A stretch of 41,723 bases of DNA from Parcubacteria group bacterium GW2011_GWA2_38_13 (GTDB taxonomy: Bacteria > Patescibacteriota > Patescibacteriia > Buchananbacterales > GWA2-38-13). The notes under the pieces are model-generated. The model was not told the origin of the DNA. It was given only the letters and a program-made list of their open reading frames with translations, and made no database searches. How positions within the stretch are numbered: the first letter of the stretch is position 1; each line of letters starts with the position of its first letter. The DNA lies in contig LBUD01000001.1 in assembly GCA_000992395.1 (NCBI GenBank), positions 1 to 41,723 on the forward strand, written 5' to 3'. This document shows positions 1-9,216 of the stretch, piece by piece. Position numbers and translations under genes: made by a program.

Positions 1-20
1 AACAATTAAATAAAATATAA

Positions 21-98
21 TACGAATATACTAATGTGTACGAATGATACCAATAAATACTAATTCGTATTGATTAGTATAATTCGAATGAATTCGTA
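21..98 (+). promoter_or_regulatory. Array of five ATTCG(T/A)A / TACGAAT motif copies with nested inverted symmetry upstream of the first gene; candidate operator/promoter region
   Basis: TACGAAT at 21-27 and 39-45. Its complement ATTCGTA at 63-69 and 92-98. Palindromic ATTCGAAT at 82-89. ATACTAAT at 28-35 and 57-64, with its complement ATTAGTAT at 73-80. A perfect TATAAT at 78-83 lies 32 nt before the ATG at 115. Every CpG in the first 100 nt lies inside one of these motif copies. Confidence 0.3.
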
Positions 99-114
99 TA
101 TTAGCATTACATTT

Positions 115-1020
115 ATGACTGTTGCTGAAACAATAAAAAAAATTACCCGGGAGCATTTGCTAAAAAACAAAGGACTTGCGTTGGGTCAATGCCTGACAGC
201 GGTTGGCTGGGTCGGAGGCACAGTACCGGAGCTGAAACAAGAAGAAGGTCTTGTAGAATTATCCATGGCTGATGTTGCAGGAGGAGGCATAGCCGTTGGC
301 ATTGCGCTTGCGCAAAGACGACCCATATACATTGTTCGATACCAAGGATTTCAATGGTACAACGCGCCGATGATAATAAACTACGCCGCCAAATCAAAAG
401 ATATGTGGGGTATCCCCTGCCCAATATTCATCCGTTCTATTGCAATGGATGGCGGTATCGGGCCGGTAGCCTCGGGCAGCCATCATAGCATGTATTCCAG
501 AATGCCAGGCGTTCCTATTTGCGCCCCCATGACGCCGAAAGAGTACGTTGCGGCGTGGGAATATTTTATGTCGCACGACGATCCTTTGTATGTTAGTGAA
601 CACCGCAGAAGTTTTGCTATTGATTATGAAATAGATGATAGTATTCAAGAAAATCCCGATATTACTATTCTTGCGATCTCATCCACCCGTCTAAACGCTA
701 TTGATGCGATAAAAACGCTGGAACAGGAAAATATAAAATGTAACCTGATCCACCTTTTCTGGCTCAAACCCTTTGAGGTCACGGAAAAAATAATCAATGC
801 GATAAACAAATCGAAATGCGGAGCGCTTATTCTTGACGGTGATTTTGAAAACGGAATATTAAAATCTCTGGCTTACGATATATCACAAAATGTAACAAAA
901 CCAATTTCTATTTTAGGCCTTGAAGAAAGATCGGCCGGATTTGCGCCCCAATGCGATAATCTCCCCCCATCGGCAGTAAAAATCTGCAACCGGATAAAGA
1001 CGCTAATCAAAAACATATGA
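115..1020 (+). CDS. ThDP-enzyme beta/C-terminal subunit (2-oxoacid dehydrogenase E1-beta / transketolase C-terminal-like)
   Basis: ORF 70..1020 opens with TTG; the first ATG is at 115 (MTVAETIKK). E1-beta-like stretch MADVAGGGIAVGIALAQRRPIY...NYAAKSKDMWG...GSHHSMYSRMPGVPICAPMTPKE, followed by a C-terminal alpha/beta domain. The TGA stop overlaps the next start (ATGA). No alpha/N-terminal partner is in the window; it would lie upstream. Confidence 0.65.
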   Translation: MTVAETIKKITREHLLKNKGLALGQCLTAVGWVGGTVPELKQEEGLVELSMADVAGGGIAVGIALAQRRPIYIVRYQGFQWYNAPMIINYAAKSKDMWGIPCPIFIRSIAMDGGIGPVASGSHHSMYSRMPGVPICAPMTPKEYVAAWEYFMSHDDPLYVSEHRRSFAIDYEIDDSIQENPDITILAISSTRLNAIDAIKTLEQENIKCNLIHLFWLKPFEVTEKIINAINKSKCGALILDGDFENGILKSLAYDISQNVTKPISILGLEERSAGFAPQCDNLPPSAVKICNRIKTLIKNI

Positions 1021-1778
1021 TAAAAAAAATTGAACCATCCTTGCTTGATCAAAAATTTATTTTTGAAAAAGACTGCCAAAAAAATTTCATCAAGGATGAG
1101 GTGGATTATACAAAAATCATAGTGCAAAAACCATGGGGATATGAATACCCGATATACCAAAACTCTGATGTTTCCGTATGGATATTATATATTAAGAAAG
1201 GAGCGCTTACGTCCATGCACTGCCACCCCAATAAAAAAACTTCTCTCATGGTGCTTTCCGGTGAAGCTATTGTTCGCAGCCTGAATGAAAAAATGTATGT
1301 GCAGGCAGGAAATGTTATTGATATAGAAAAAAAAGCTTTTCATTCAACTGAAGCAATAACAGAGCCCGGTGCGATTGTGATGGAAACAGAAACTCCCACA
1401 GACAAACATGATCTTCTCCGTCTTGAAGATAAATACGGCAGAGTTGGCATGCAATATGAAGGGAAAGAACATTCATTGCCGCGATCCATGGAAATGCATT
1501 ACAGTTTCCACGACGAAACAAACTACCACGAAAAAGAAAAAATATTCGGCCAGTGCCGTTTAACCATCAAGCGTTTCAAGACCAACCAAGAATTATTAAA
1601 TTATTTTTGGGTAATGGAGGCTGATATCGTTTGCGTGCTTAAAGGAGCATTTATAAAGCCTCAAAATATTTGCGTTTTAGGACCCGGAGACACTTCTGCA
1701 TATTCTGAAATAAAAAAACACGATGATCTTGAGATTGCAGGCGTAGAAGCGGAAATTCTTTTTATCAAAAAATTATAA
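1017..1778 (+). CDS. Cupin-fold protein, probably bicupin (sugar isomerase/epimerase candidate)
   Basis: N-terminal cupin signature KPWGYEY...GALTSMHCHPNKKTSLMVLSGEA...AFHSTEA. The second beta-rich half (VCVLKGAF...GPGDTS) suggests a second barrel. Translationally coupled (ATGA) to the upstream gene. Confidence 0.5.
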   Translation: MIKKIEPSLLDQKFIFEKDCQKNFIKDEVDYTKIIVQKPWGYEYPIYQNSDVSVWILYIKKGALTSMHCHPNKKTSLMVLSGEAIVRSLNEKMYVQAGNVIDIEKKAFHSTEAITEPGAIVMETETPTDKHDLLRLEDKYGRVGMQYEGKEHSLPRSMEMHYSFHDETNYHEKEKIFGQCRLTIKRFKTNQELLNYFWVMEADIVCVLKGAFIKPQNICVLGPGDTSAYSEIKKHDDLEIAGVEAEILFIKKL

Positions 1779-1798
1779 TTATTTATTAATATAACCAA

Positions 1799-2308
1799 AT
1801 GAAAAAAGCAATCATAATAACCGGAAAACTCGTCCAAGACCATGAATTTATTTATCCCTTTTATCGCCTCCAAGAGGCCGGGTATAGCGTTGACGTGGCT
1901 GTTAAAAATAAAGAACTCGTGTTCGGACAGCTTGGGTCAAAAATTATTCCCACAAAAGATATTGTCGGATTAAATCCCGATGAATATGATATTGTGGTAA
2001 TTCCCGGCGGGGCGAAATGTCTTGAGTATCTGCGCCAAGATCAAGATGCGCTAGATTTTATCGCAAGCGCGCATAAAGTAAAAAAAACCATTGCTGCCAT
2101 CTGCCACGGATCCCAGATGCTCATATCTGCAAAAATCGTGAAAGGAAAGAAAATATCCGGATATTACAGCATAAAAGATGATATAAATAATGCGGGTGCA
2201 ATGTATGTTGATGCACCGGCCGTAACAGACGGAAATATTGTAACATCGCCTCATTATAAATACCTTGGCGATTGGATGCGCCAAACATTACGCGTAACCG
2301 AACAATAA
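1799..2308 (+). CDS. DJ-1/PfpI family protein (class I glutamine-amidotransferase-like fold)
   Basis: 169 aa. IVVIPGG motif and nucleophile elbow AAICHGSQML, typical of the PfpI/DJ-1 family. Confidence 0.8.
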   Translation: MKKAIIITGKLVQDHEFIYPFYRLQEAGYSVDVAVKNKELVFGQLGSKIIPTKDIVGLNPDEYDIVVIPGGAKCLEYLRQDQDALDFIASAHKVKKTIAAICHGSQMLISAKIVKGKKISGYYSIKDDINNAGAMYVDAPAVTDGNIVTSPHYKYLGDWMRQTLRVTEQ

Positions 2309-2940
2309 TGAACACACAAAAAAAACTTATTATAATGGATTTTGATGGAGTTATTACCGACTCGCTCGAGGTTGTGTATCAAGTTGTCAGCCAAGCTTTT
2401 GCTACGGTAGGAATACCTCTAAGCCTTGATGCGTATAAAAAATTTTTTTTAATAAATCCAAAATTAGCCGAGAAACAGCTCACCTCTGATGAAAAAAAAT
2501 TTATTGATGTTCAAAAATATATTCATCAAAATATACCCATCCGATATAAAAAAGTAAAAATTTTTCAGCCGATGATAGAAATAATCCAAAAACTGCATGC
2601 GTCAGCTGAACTCGCCATAGTATCGTCATCGCAATCCGAAGTGATAATAGAAAAACTAAAAAAATATTCGCTTGATCAATATTTTAGCCAGATACTTGGC
2701 GCTGACAAAGAAGTTTCAAAGATCGATAAAATAAAATCTTGCATGGACAAGTCGGGCATAGAAAAAAAATCTGTGTATTTTATTTCAGACACTGTTGGCG
2801 ACATATTGGAAGGAAAAAAAATGGGCATCAAAACCATCGCGGTTTCGTGGGGCTTTCATAATAAAGAAACTCTCCTTGGAGCAACGCCGGACAAAATTTT
2901 AACCGAACCCGATGAACTCTTAACCTATATAATAAAATAA
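2308..2940 (+). CDS. HAD-superfamily hydrolase (phosphatase, phosphoglycolate-phosphatase-like subfamily IA)
   Basis: The ATG at 2308 overlaps the previous stop (TAATG). HAD motif I IIMDFDGVITDS and motif IV-like FISDTVGDI. Confidence 0.8.
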   Translation: MNTQKKLIIMDFDGVITDSLEVVYQVVSQAFATVGIPLSLDAYKKFFLINPKLAEKQLTSDEKKFIDVQKYIHQNIPIRYKKVKIFQPMIEIIQKLHASAELAIVSSSQSEVIIEKLKKYSLDQYFSQILGADKEVSKIDKIKSCMDKSGIEKKSVYFISDTVGDILEGKKMGIKTIAVSWGFHNKETLLGATPDKILTEPDELLTYIIK

Positions 2941-2947
2941 TTATATT

Positions 2948-4897
2948 ATGAAAAAGGAAAAGGTCGTAGGACTTGTACAAATTAATAACAGCTTTTCTGG
3001 GCAAAGCTACTTTCCATATTCAGTAGGCATTCTTCAGGCATACGCGCAAAAATATCTTCAACGTCCCGAAGAATATAAATTTCTTCCGCAAATATTCAAT
3101 AGAATGCCTGTTCGAAATGCCGTAAAGCTTCTTTCAGAAGCTGATGTTATATTTTTTTCTTTTTATGTATGGAACCAAAAAATAACTTTGGAAATTGCGA
3201 AACAAATTAAATCAAGCAAGCCCGAAGTATTGATAATTTTTGGCGGTCCGCAAGTGCCCAGCTATAGCGAGGATTTTATGAAAAATCACAGCTTTGTTGA
3301 TATTGTATGCCATGGCGAGGGCGAAATTGTATGTACCGCAATTCTTGAAAAAATAGAAACAAAAAATTGGGAGACATGCCCTTCAATAAGTTATAAAAAA
3401 TCCAACACAATAATTACCAATAAACGAGTGGAACGTTTGCGTAACCTATCTGCAATTCCCTCTCCATACCTTTCCGGAGTATTTGATGTGATCATGAAGG
3501 AAAACCCAAACGAGCATTGGATAGGGCTGTGGGAGACTAATCGCGGCTGTCCATTCACGTGCGCATATTGCGATTGGGGCTCGTCCACGCATAATCAAAT
3601 GTTTGCCTACGACATTGAAAGACTGCGCAAAGAAATTGAATGGTTCGCGGATCATAAAATAGAATTTATTTTTTGCGCCGATTCCAATTTTGGCATTATG
3701 CCTCGCGATATTGACCTTGTTTCGTATGTAGCAAAAATAAAAGAAACCAAAGGATACCCCCACGCCCTCTCTGTGCAAACAACAAAAAATGCAACGGAAC
3801 AGTCTTATGCGGTAAGTAAAATATTATCAGATGCCGGCCTCAACAAGGGCATTTCCCTTTCGCTGCAATCTGTTGACCCGACAACTTTAAAAATTATTAA
3901 CCGAAGCAACATATCAACCGAAACTTTCCAGGAGCTGCAGCATCGTTTCACAAGAGATAAAGTTGAAACTTTTACCGATCTTATTTTAGGACTCCCCGGA
4001 GAAACCTACGATTCGTTTACTTTAGGGGTTTCAAAAATTATCGCGGATGGCCAGCACAATAGAATACAATTTAATAATCTCTCCATCCTGCCAAACGCGC
4101 AAATGGGAGACCAAAAATACCAAAAAAAATACGGGATACAAACAGTTACCAATACTATTGTTAATATCCATGGATCAATTACTAAAAATGAAGATGATAT
4201 TATTGAAACGCAAGAATTAGTGATAGCTACAGACTCTACACCCAAAGAAGACTGGGTAAAAACAAGGGCATTCGCATGGATGACCGCACTATTGCATTTT
4301 GATAAAATATTCCAAATTCCGCTTATTTTTCTTCACGAAATACATCGGCTAGACTACCGCGATTCCATAAAACTTTTTTTAGAAACCAATGGAAATGAAT
4401 ATCCGATCATATCAAAAATATCAGATTTCTTTATACAAAAAGCGCGCGACATACAGATTGGTAAAGAAGAGTTCTGTCGGTCATTGGAATGGCTGAATAT
4501 TTGGTGGCCTGCCGATGAGTTGGTACTGATTCAAATTTGCACTCAAAATGAAATAAGCGCATTGTATGAAGAAGCCGAAATGCTTGTATTAACATATCTT
4601 AAAAAAAACAAAATTTCTTTTGATACCATTGCACTCCATGAAGCTATTGAATTAAATAAAAATCTTGTAAAACTTCCTTTCCAAATCAAAGATCAGAAAA
4701 TAATTCTTTCACACAATATATGGGAGTTTTACAAATCGGTTCTGAGCGGTACACCCATATTGTTGGAAAAAATTGAAACAAAATATTTAATTGATAAATC
4801 ATTTAAAACATGGAATTCATGGGAAACCTGGGCCAGAGAAGTGGTTTGGTGGTGCAATAAAAAAGGCGCTTATATGTATACTATAAAAAATATATGA
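2948..4897 (+). CDS. Cobalamin-binding (class B) radical SAM enzyme, long form (649 aa)
   Basis: N-terminal B12-binding-like Rossmann segment (VIFFSFYVWN...VLIIFGGPQVP...CHGEGE). Radical SAM cluster motif ETNRGCPFTCAYCDWG (CxxxCxxC). About 250-aa helical C-terminal extension. Confidence 0.85.
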   Translation: MKKEKVVGLVQINNSFSGQSYFPYSVGILQAYAQKYLQRPEEYKFLPQIFNRMPVRNAVKLLSEADVIFFSFYVWNQKITLEIAKQIKSSKPEVLIIFGGPQVPSYSEDFMKNHSFVDIVCHGEGEIVCTAILEKIETKNWETCPSISYKKSNTIITNKRVERLRNLSAIPSPYLSGVFDVIMKENPNEHWIGLWETNRGCPFTCAYCDWGSSTHNQMFAYDIERLRKEIEWFADHKIEFIFCADSNFGIMPRDIDLVSYVAKIKETKGYPHALSVQTTKNATEQSYAVSKILSDAGLNKGISLSLQSVDPTTLKIINRSNISTETFQELQHRFTRDKVETFTDLILGLPGETYDSFTLGVSKIIADGQHNRIQFNNLSILPNAQMGDQKYQKKYGIQTVTNTIVNIHGSITKNEDDIIETQELVIATDSTPKEDWVKTRAFAWMTALLHFDKIFQIPLIFLHEIHRLDYRDSIKLFLETNGNEYPIISKISDFFIQKARDIQIGKEEFCRSLEWLNIWWPADELVLIQICTQNEISALYEEAEMLVLTYLKKNKISFDTIALHEAIELNKNLVKLPFQIKDQKIILSHNIWEFYKSVLSGTPILLEKIETKYLIDKSFKTWNSWETWAREVVWWCNKKGAYMYTIKNI

Positions 4898-5454
4898 ATG
4901 TATCTGAAATAATCCGAGAATCAATCAATACAAAAATTTTGTTGCTTGACGAAAAACAAATATTTGCCATACAAAAAATGGGTGAAATTATTGTTCATGC
5001 CCTGCATGAAGGAAAAACTATTTTTATGGCAGGAAACGGAGGATCAGCAGCTGACGCGCAACACTTTGCGGCCGAGCTTTCTGGAAAATTTGAGACGGAA
5101 AGGCCTGGCTTGCGGGCTCTGGCCTTAACTGCCAACACTTCAAATATCACCGCGATCGGAAACGATTTTGGATTTAATAAAATTTTTTCACGCCAGATAG
5201 AGGGACTCGGATCGCAAGGCGATGTACTGATAGGCATTTCCACGAGCGGAAATTCACAAAATATTATTGAGGCTATGAGTTCGGCAAAAAATAAAAATAT
5301 GATAAACCTGGGTCTTTTGGGAAACGATGGAGGTACGATAAAAAATCTCTGCGATTTCTCCTGTGTTGTCCCGTCAAAAAATACCGCGAGGATCCAAGAG
5401 TGCCATATACTTATTATCCACATCCTCAGTGCAATAGCTGATAATGCATTTTAA
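4894..5454 (+). CDS. gmhA: D-sedoheptulose-7-phosphate isomerase (SIS domain)
   Basis: MAGNGGSAADAQHFAAELSGKF and GISTSGNSQNIIEA are the classic GmhA SIS motifs. 186 aa. ATGA overlap with the upstream rSAM gene. Confidence 0.85.
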   Translation: MNVSEIIRESINTKILLLDEKQIFAIQKMGEIIVHALHEGKTIFMAGNGGSAADAQHFAAELSGKFETERPGLRALALTANTSNITAIGNDFGFNKIFSRQIEGLGSQGDVLIGISTSGNSQNIIEAMSSAKNKNMINLGLLGNDGGTIKNLCDFSCVVPSKNTARIQECHILIIHILSAIADNAF

Positions 5455-5457
5455 TAT

Positions 5458-6003
5458 ATGACCAAGAAACAATACGTAATTTTAGACAGAGACGGAACGA
5501 TTATCAAAGATGTCGTTCATATTACCAAGATATCTGATATTGAATTTCTCCCACATGCAATAGAAGGCCTTACCATGATGCAAGAGATGGGATTTGAGCT
5601 TATTATTATCACCAATCAGGCCGTAATCGCCCGTAAAATGTGCACATACGACGATGTTGTCGCATTTAACGAAGAACTTTTGAAACATCTGGAAAGCCAT
5701 GGCGTAAAAATCTCTGCAACCTACTTTTGCCCGCATCATCCAGAATTTACCGGAGAATGTATTTGCAGAAAACCAAAGATTGGCATGGTTAAGGTGGCAG
5801 CAAAAGATTTTGGCTTTTTACCATCACAGACAATTTTTATCGGAGATAAAGACTCGGACACGCAATTTGGAAAAAATTACGGCGGAAAAACAATCTTGGT
5901 TGATAACGGCCAATACACAACAGCTATCCCGGCTGATTTCAAGGTAAAAAATTTAGAACAAGTGGCAGAGATTTTAAAAAACAGCTCAACAAAAGTAATG
6001 TAA
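5458..6003 (+). CDS. gmhB: D-glycero-D-manno-heptose 1,7-bisphosphate phosphatase-like HAD-IIIA hydrolase
   Basis: Motif I ILDRDGTI. Zn-loop YFCPHHPEFTGECICRKPKIGM. Motif FIGDKDSD. 181 aa. Confidence 0.8.
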   Translation: MTKKQYVILDRDGTIIKDVVHITKISDIEFLPHAIEGLTMMQEMGFELIIITNQAVIARKMCTYDDVVAFNEELLKHLESHGVKISATYFCPHHPEFTGECICRKPKIGMVKVAAKDFGFLPSQTIFIGDKDSDTQFGKNYGGKTILVDNGQYTTAIPADFKVKNLEQVAEILKNSSTKVM

Positions 6004-6050
6004 AATCTTAACTGCTATCATAAAGAAATTTTTAGAAAGTATATTATCAT

Positions 6051-7388
6051 ATGCCTACACAAAATTTTGTAAAACTACATAAAAAAATGAAAATAGGTTT
6101 TGTATGTCCCTGCGATATGCATAATTTTAAACCCTTCAGAAATCCGCCCTTAAATGCTTTGTATTTTTTAACAATACTGGAAAAAACATTTGGCGAATCA
6201 GCTGATGTATCGCTTATTGATCTAAGGGGGGTGAATAAAGAGCATGCGATTTATTATGTTCCCGAAAAAGATATTTATTTCCACTCAGTGGCCACCATTG
6301 ATTATCCCGAAATCGTGAGAATCGTCCAGGAAATGAGAAATATTTACCCAAAGGCAGTTCATATTGCCGGCGGAGTGCATATTAATATTTTTCCAAAAGA
6401 GAGTTTAAAAATTTTTGACTCCATAGTTTTAGGTGAAGGCGAAAATCTCATTATTGAAATCGTCAAAGATGTTTCAGAATCCCGATTGAAAAAAATTTAT
6501 CAAGAAGATAAGATTTTGGATATTAATGCATATCCATATCCAAGCAGAAAATATACGCCGAAATCAGCAGTAGCCGAAATAGGAATATTGGGCGGAGTTT
6601 ATTACAACATGCCCGGAACCGCAGTTCTTCTCTCGCGCGGATGTCCCTTCAAATGCCATTTTTGCGCAAACCCCGTACAATCTGCCGGCAGATACCGCTT
6701 GCCGGAATTAATTATTGAAGAGATTGAGTATCTTAAAAATGAATATGGGATACAATGCGCATCAATAAAAGACGACAACATTATTTCTGCAAATGTTGAA
6801 ATTTCCAAAAAAACGCTTCTGGCCTTAAAAAAAACAGGCATTAAATGGCGAGGCAATTGCCGCGCTAATGGGATTTCTCGGGATATTATAAAACTTGCCA
6901 AAGAAGCCGGATGCGTTGATCTTGCCATCGGTATTGAAAGCGTCTCCCAGCAAGTTTTACATAACATAAATAAAAGGCTTGATTTGGAAAAAGCCAAAGA
7001 GTTTATGTCCATTCTTAATGAAGAAAAAATCGGGATACGTTTAAATCTCATTATAGGACTGCCCGGTGAACCGAAGGATATTGTCCAACAAAGCATCGAA
7101 TTTGTAAAAAATGTAAAACCCTCATCGGTTCTTTTGTGCGTGCTTACGCCAATTCCCGGTTCTGAAATGTACAAAAATCCTCAAAAATTTGGGATGAAGA
7201 TGGATCCAAATATTACCTTTGATAAACTATTTAATGTTTTCAGCAGATTTGATGAATCTGAAAAACCCTATATGGTTTTTGAATATGATAAGGTAACGCC
7301 ATTTGGAGAAGGCAAAAGCAGCGCAGAGATTATAGATAATTATCAAGAAATACAAACCTTTTTAAGAGAAAATAAACTAACATTTTAA
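6051..7388 (+). CDS. Cobalamin-binding (class B) radical SAM enzyme
   Basis: B12-domain-like HIAGGVHINIFP...LGEGE, then SRGCPFKCHFC (CxxxCxxC). 445 aa. An alternative start at 6087 (MKIGFVCP) is possible. Confidence 0.85.
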   Translation: MPTQNFVKLHKKMKIGFVCPCDMHNFKPFRNPPLNALYFLTILEKTFGESADVSLIDLRGVNKEHAIYYVPEKDIYFHSVATIDYPEIVRIVQEMRNIYPKAVHIAGGVHINIFPKESLKIFDSIVLGEGENLIIEIVKDVSESRLKKIYQEDKILDINAYPYPSRKYTPKSAVAEIGILGGVYYNMPGTAVLLSRGCPFKCHFCANPVQSAGRYRLPELIIEEIEYLKNEYGIQCASIKDDNIISANVEISKKTLLALKKTGIKWRGNCRANGISRDIIKLAKEAGCVDLAIGIESVSQQVLHNINKRLDLEKAKEFMSILNEEKIGIRLNLIIGLPGEPKDIVQQSIEFVKNVKPSSVLLCVLTPIPGSEMYKNPQKFGMKMDPNITFDKLFNVFSRFDESEKPYMVFEYDKVTPFGEGKSSAEIIDNYQEIQTFLRENKLTF

Positions 7389-7391
7389 AAT

Positions 7392-8447
7392 ATGAACACA
7401 AATGTAGGAATTGTTATTACAACAATGGATAGGGCGGAATTCATCAAACGGCAGCTTGAATATTATGCCAGCGCCAATAGCCCGCATACTGTTTATATAG
7501 GCGACTCCAGCAACCCCGAACAAGTCGCTAAAATTGAAGAATCAATAGCAAGGTTTAAAAATAAAATTAAAATCGTTTACAAATTTTTTCCAAAAACAGT
7601 TGGCGTTCAATTGTGCGCCCAACAAATGATTGACGCAATAACTGAAAAATATTTTGCTATAATAGGCGATGATGATTTTCAAATCCCGTCTTCCCTCACA
7701 AAATGCGCTGAGTTTTTGGAAAATAATCCCGACTACGCAACGGCGCATGGCCATGCTGTCGCGATTAGGGTCAAAAACAATTCTGTATACGGAGAGTTGT
7801 CCAAAATCAAAGATTATCCGGAACCCGAAATAAAAAATGAAAGCGCGCAGGATAGAATAGTAAATTATTTAGAACATTATTACCCGACAATTTTTTCAGT
7901 CACCCGGCTTGAAGTTATCAAAGAAGGCTATAAATATTCTGACTCCATTACGGACAAATCTTTTTCATCGGAAATGTTGCCCTGCGCACTCGGGATTGTG
8001 GCGGGAAAATCAAAACTCATTGATTGTCTGAGTTTTGTAAGGCAAATACATGACGGCAGATATCTCCTGCCCGACATGTATGACTGGATAACGCAAAATG
8101 ATTGGAGCAAGGAATATCAAATTTTTCAGGAAATAATGATAAGAGCCATTGCCAAAAAAGACGCCATACCGGAGAAGCAGGCGCAAAGAGCCCTGAAAAA
8201 AGGTTTCTGGACTTATTTGAATATACAAATGTCCAGAGAAATTTATGAAGTATTCCCAGTAGACAAAAAAATAAGCATGAAAAATCTTATAAGACAAAAA
8301 TTTCCTTTTTTAATACCTCTTTACAAAATCGTTAAACCGATGTTTTCAAAAAAACGTTGGCTGCATGCCGAGGTGATAAATCCGCAATCGCCATATTATC
8401 AGGATTTCAAAGCAGTGAAAGATAGTATTGAACAAATTCCAAAATAA
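7392..8447 (+). CDS. GT-A (family 2-like) glycosyltransferase-domain protein
   Basis: N-terminal VGIVITTMDRAEF...YIGDSS and a DxD-like AIIGDDDFQIP, as in GT2-type folds. The C-terminal half is unassigned. Confidence 0.5.
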   Translation: MNTNVGIVITTMDRAEFIKRQLEYYASANSPHTVYIGDSSNPEQVAKIEESIARFKNKIKIVYKFFPKTVGVQLCAQQMIDAITEKYFAIIGDDDFQIPSSLTKCAEFLENNPDYATAHGHAVAIRVKNNSVYGELSKIKDYPEPEIKNESAQDRIVNYLEHYYPTIFSVTRLEVIKEGYKYSDSITDKSFSSEMLPCALGIVAGKSKLIDCLSFVRQIHDGRYLLPDMYDWITQNDWSKEYQIFQEIMIRAIAKKDAIPEKQAQRALKKGFWTYLNIQMSREIYEVFPVDKKISMKNLIRQKFPFLIPLYKIVKPMFSKKRWLHAEVINPQSPYYQDFKAVKDSIEQIPK

Positions 8448-8451
8448 ACCT

Positions 8452-9216
8452 ATGAAAAATATTCGCATAATCCCGCGCCTTGATATCAAGGGTCCGAATC
8501 TGATCAAAGGCATCCATACTGAGGGGCTGCGAGTTTTAGGCAACCCAAAAGAATTTGCAAAAAGATATTATGAAGAAGGCGCTGATGAAATCATTTATTT
8601 GGACACGGTTGCCAGCCTGTACCAGCGGAATTTGGATTTTGATCTATTAAAAACAGTGGCGGAACAAATTTCCATTCCATTAACGGTAGGCGGCGGTATC
8701 CGATCAATTCACGATATTAATAACGCTCTGCGAGCCGGAGCCGATAAAGTGGCGATCAATACCTATGCCGTTTCTCATCCTGAATTTCTGGCCGAGGGCG
8801 CGAAAAAATTCGGTTCGCAGTGTATCGTGCTTTATATAGAAGCAAAAAAAATCATGCCTGGCAAATGGGAAGTTTATACGGACGGCGGGCGCGAAAGGAC
8901 GGGCCTAGACGTAATAGAATGGGCGAAAAAAACTATTGATCTTGGCGTTGGCGAAATTTTAATCACTTCGGTTGATTTTGACGGTACGCGCAAAGGTTTT
9001 GACACAGACCTTGTATCCGCAATAACCGGTTTCGCTCCCATTCCGGTGATTGCCCACGGAGGCGCAGGAGATTTTATATCGGTGAAAAATATTATTACAC
9101 AAGGCCATGCCGATGCCGTGGCGATTTCATCGGTACTCCATTACAAAGATTATTCTTTAAAAGATTTAAAAAAATATTTAAACACGGAAAATATTAATGT
9201 AAGGGCTGTATGTTAA
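8452..9216 (+). CDS. hisF: HisF-like cyclase subunit (AglZ/HisF2-type, acetamidino-sugar modification)
   Basis: ATG at 8452 (MKNIRIIPRLDIKG). Motifs GADKVAINT and GEILITSVDFDGTRKGFD of imidazole-glycerol-phosphate synthase HisF. The context is glycan, not histidine, genes. Confidence 0.85.
   Translation: MKNIRIIPRLDIKGPNLIKGIHTEGLRVLGNPKEFAKRYYEEGADEIIYLDTVASLYQRNLDFDLLKTVAEQISIPLTVGGGIRSIHDINNALRAGADKVAINTYAVSHPEFLAEGAKKFGSQCIVLYIEAKKIMPGKWEVYTDGGRERTGLDVIEWAKKTIDLGVGEILITSVDFDGTRKGFDTDLVSAITGFAPIPVIAHGGAGDFISVKNIITQGHADAVAISSVLHYKDYSLKDLKKYLNTENINVRAVC

Noticed and set aside
2948-7388. A RiPP (peptide natural product) cluster, suggested by multiple B12-radical SAM enzymes.
   Set aside because: No short precursor-like ORF, protease, or leader-peptide-recognition (RRE)-containing or transporter gene is present. 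The intergenic gaps are 50 nt or less here, and the neighbours are sugar enzymes (gmhA, gmhB, GT2-like).
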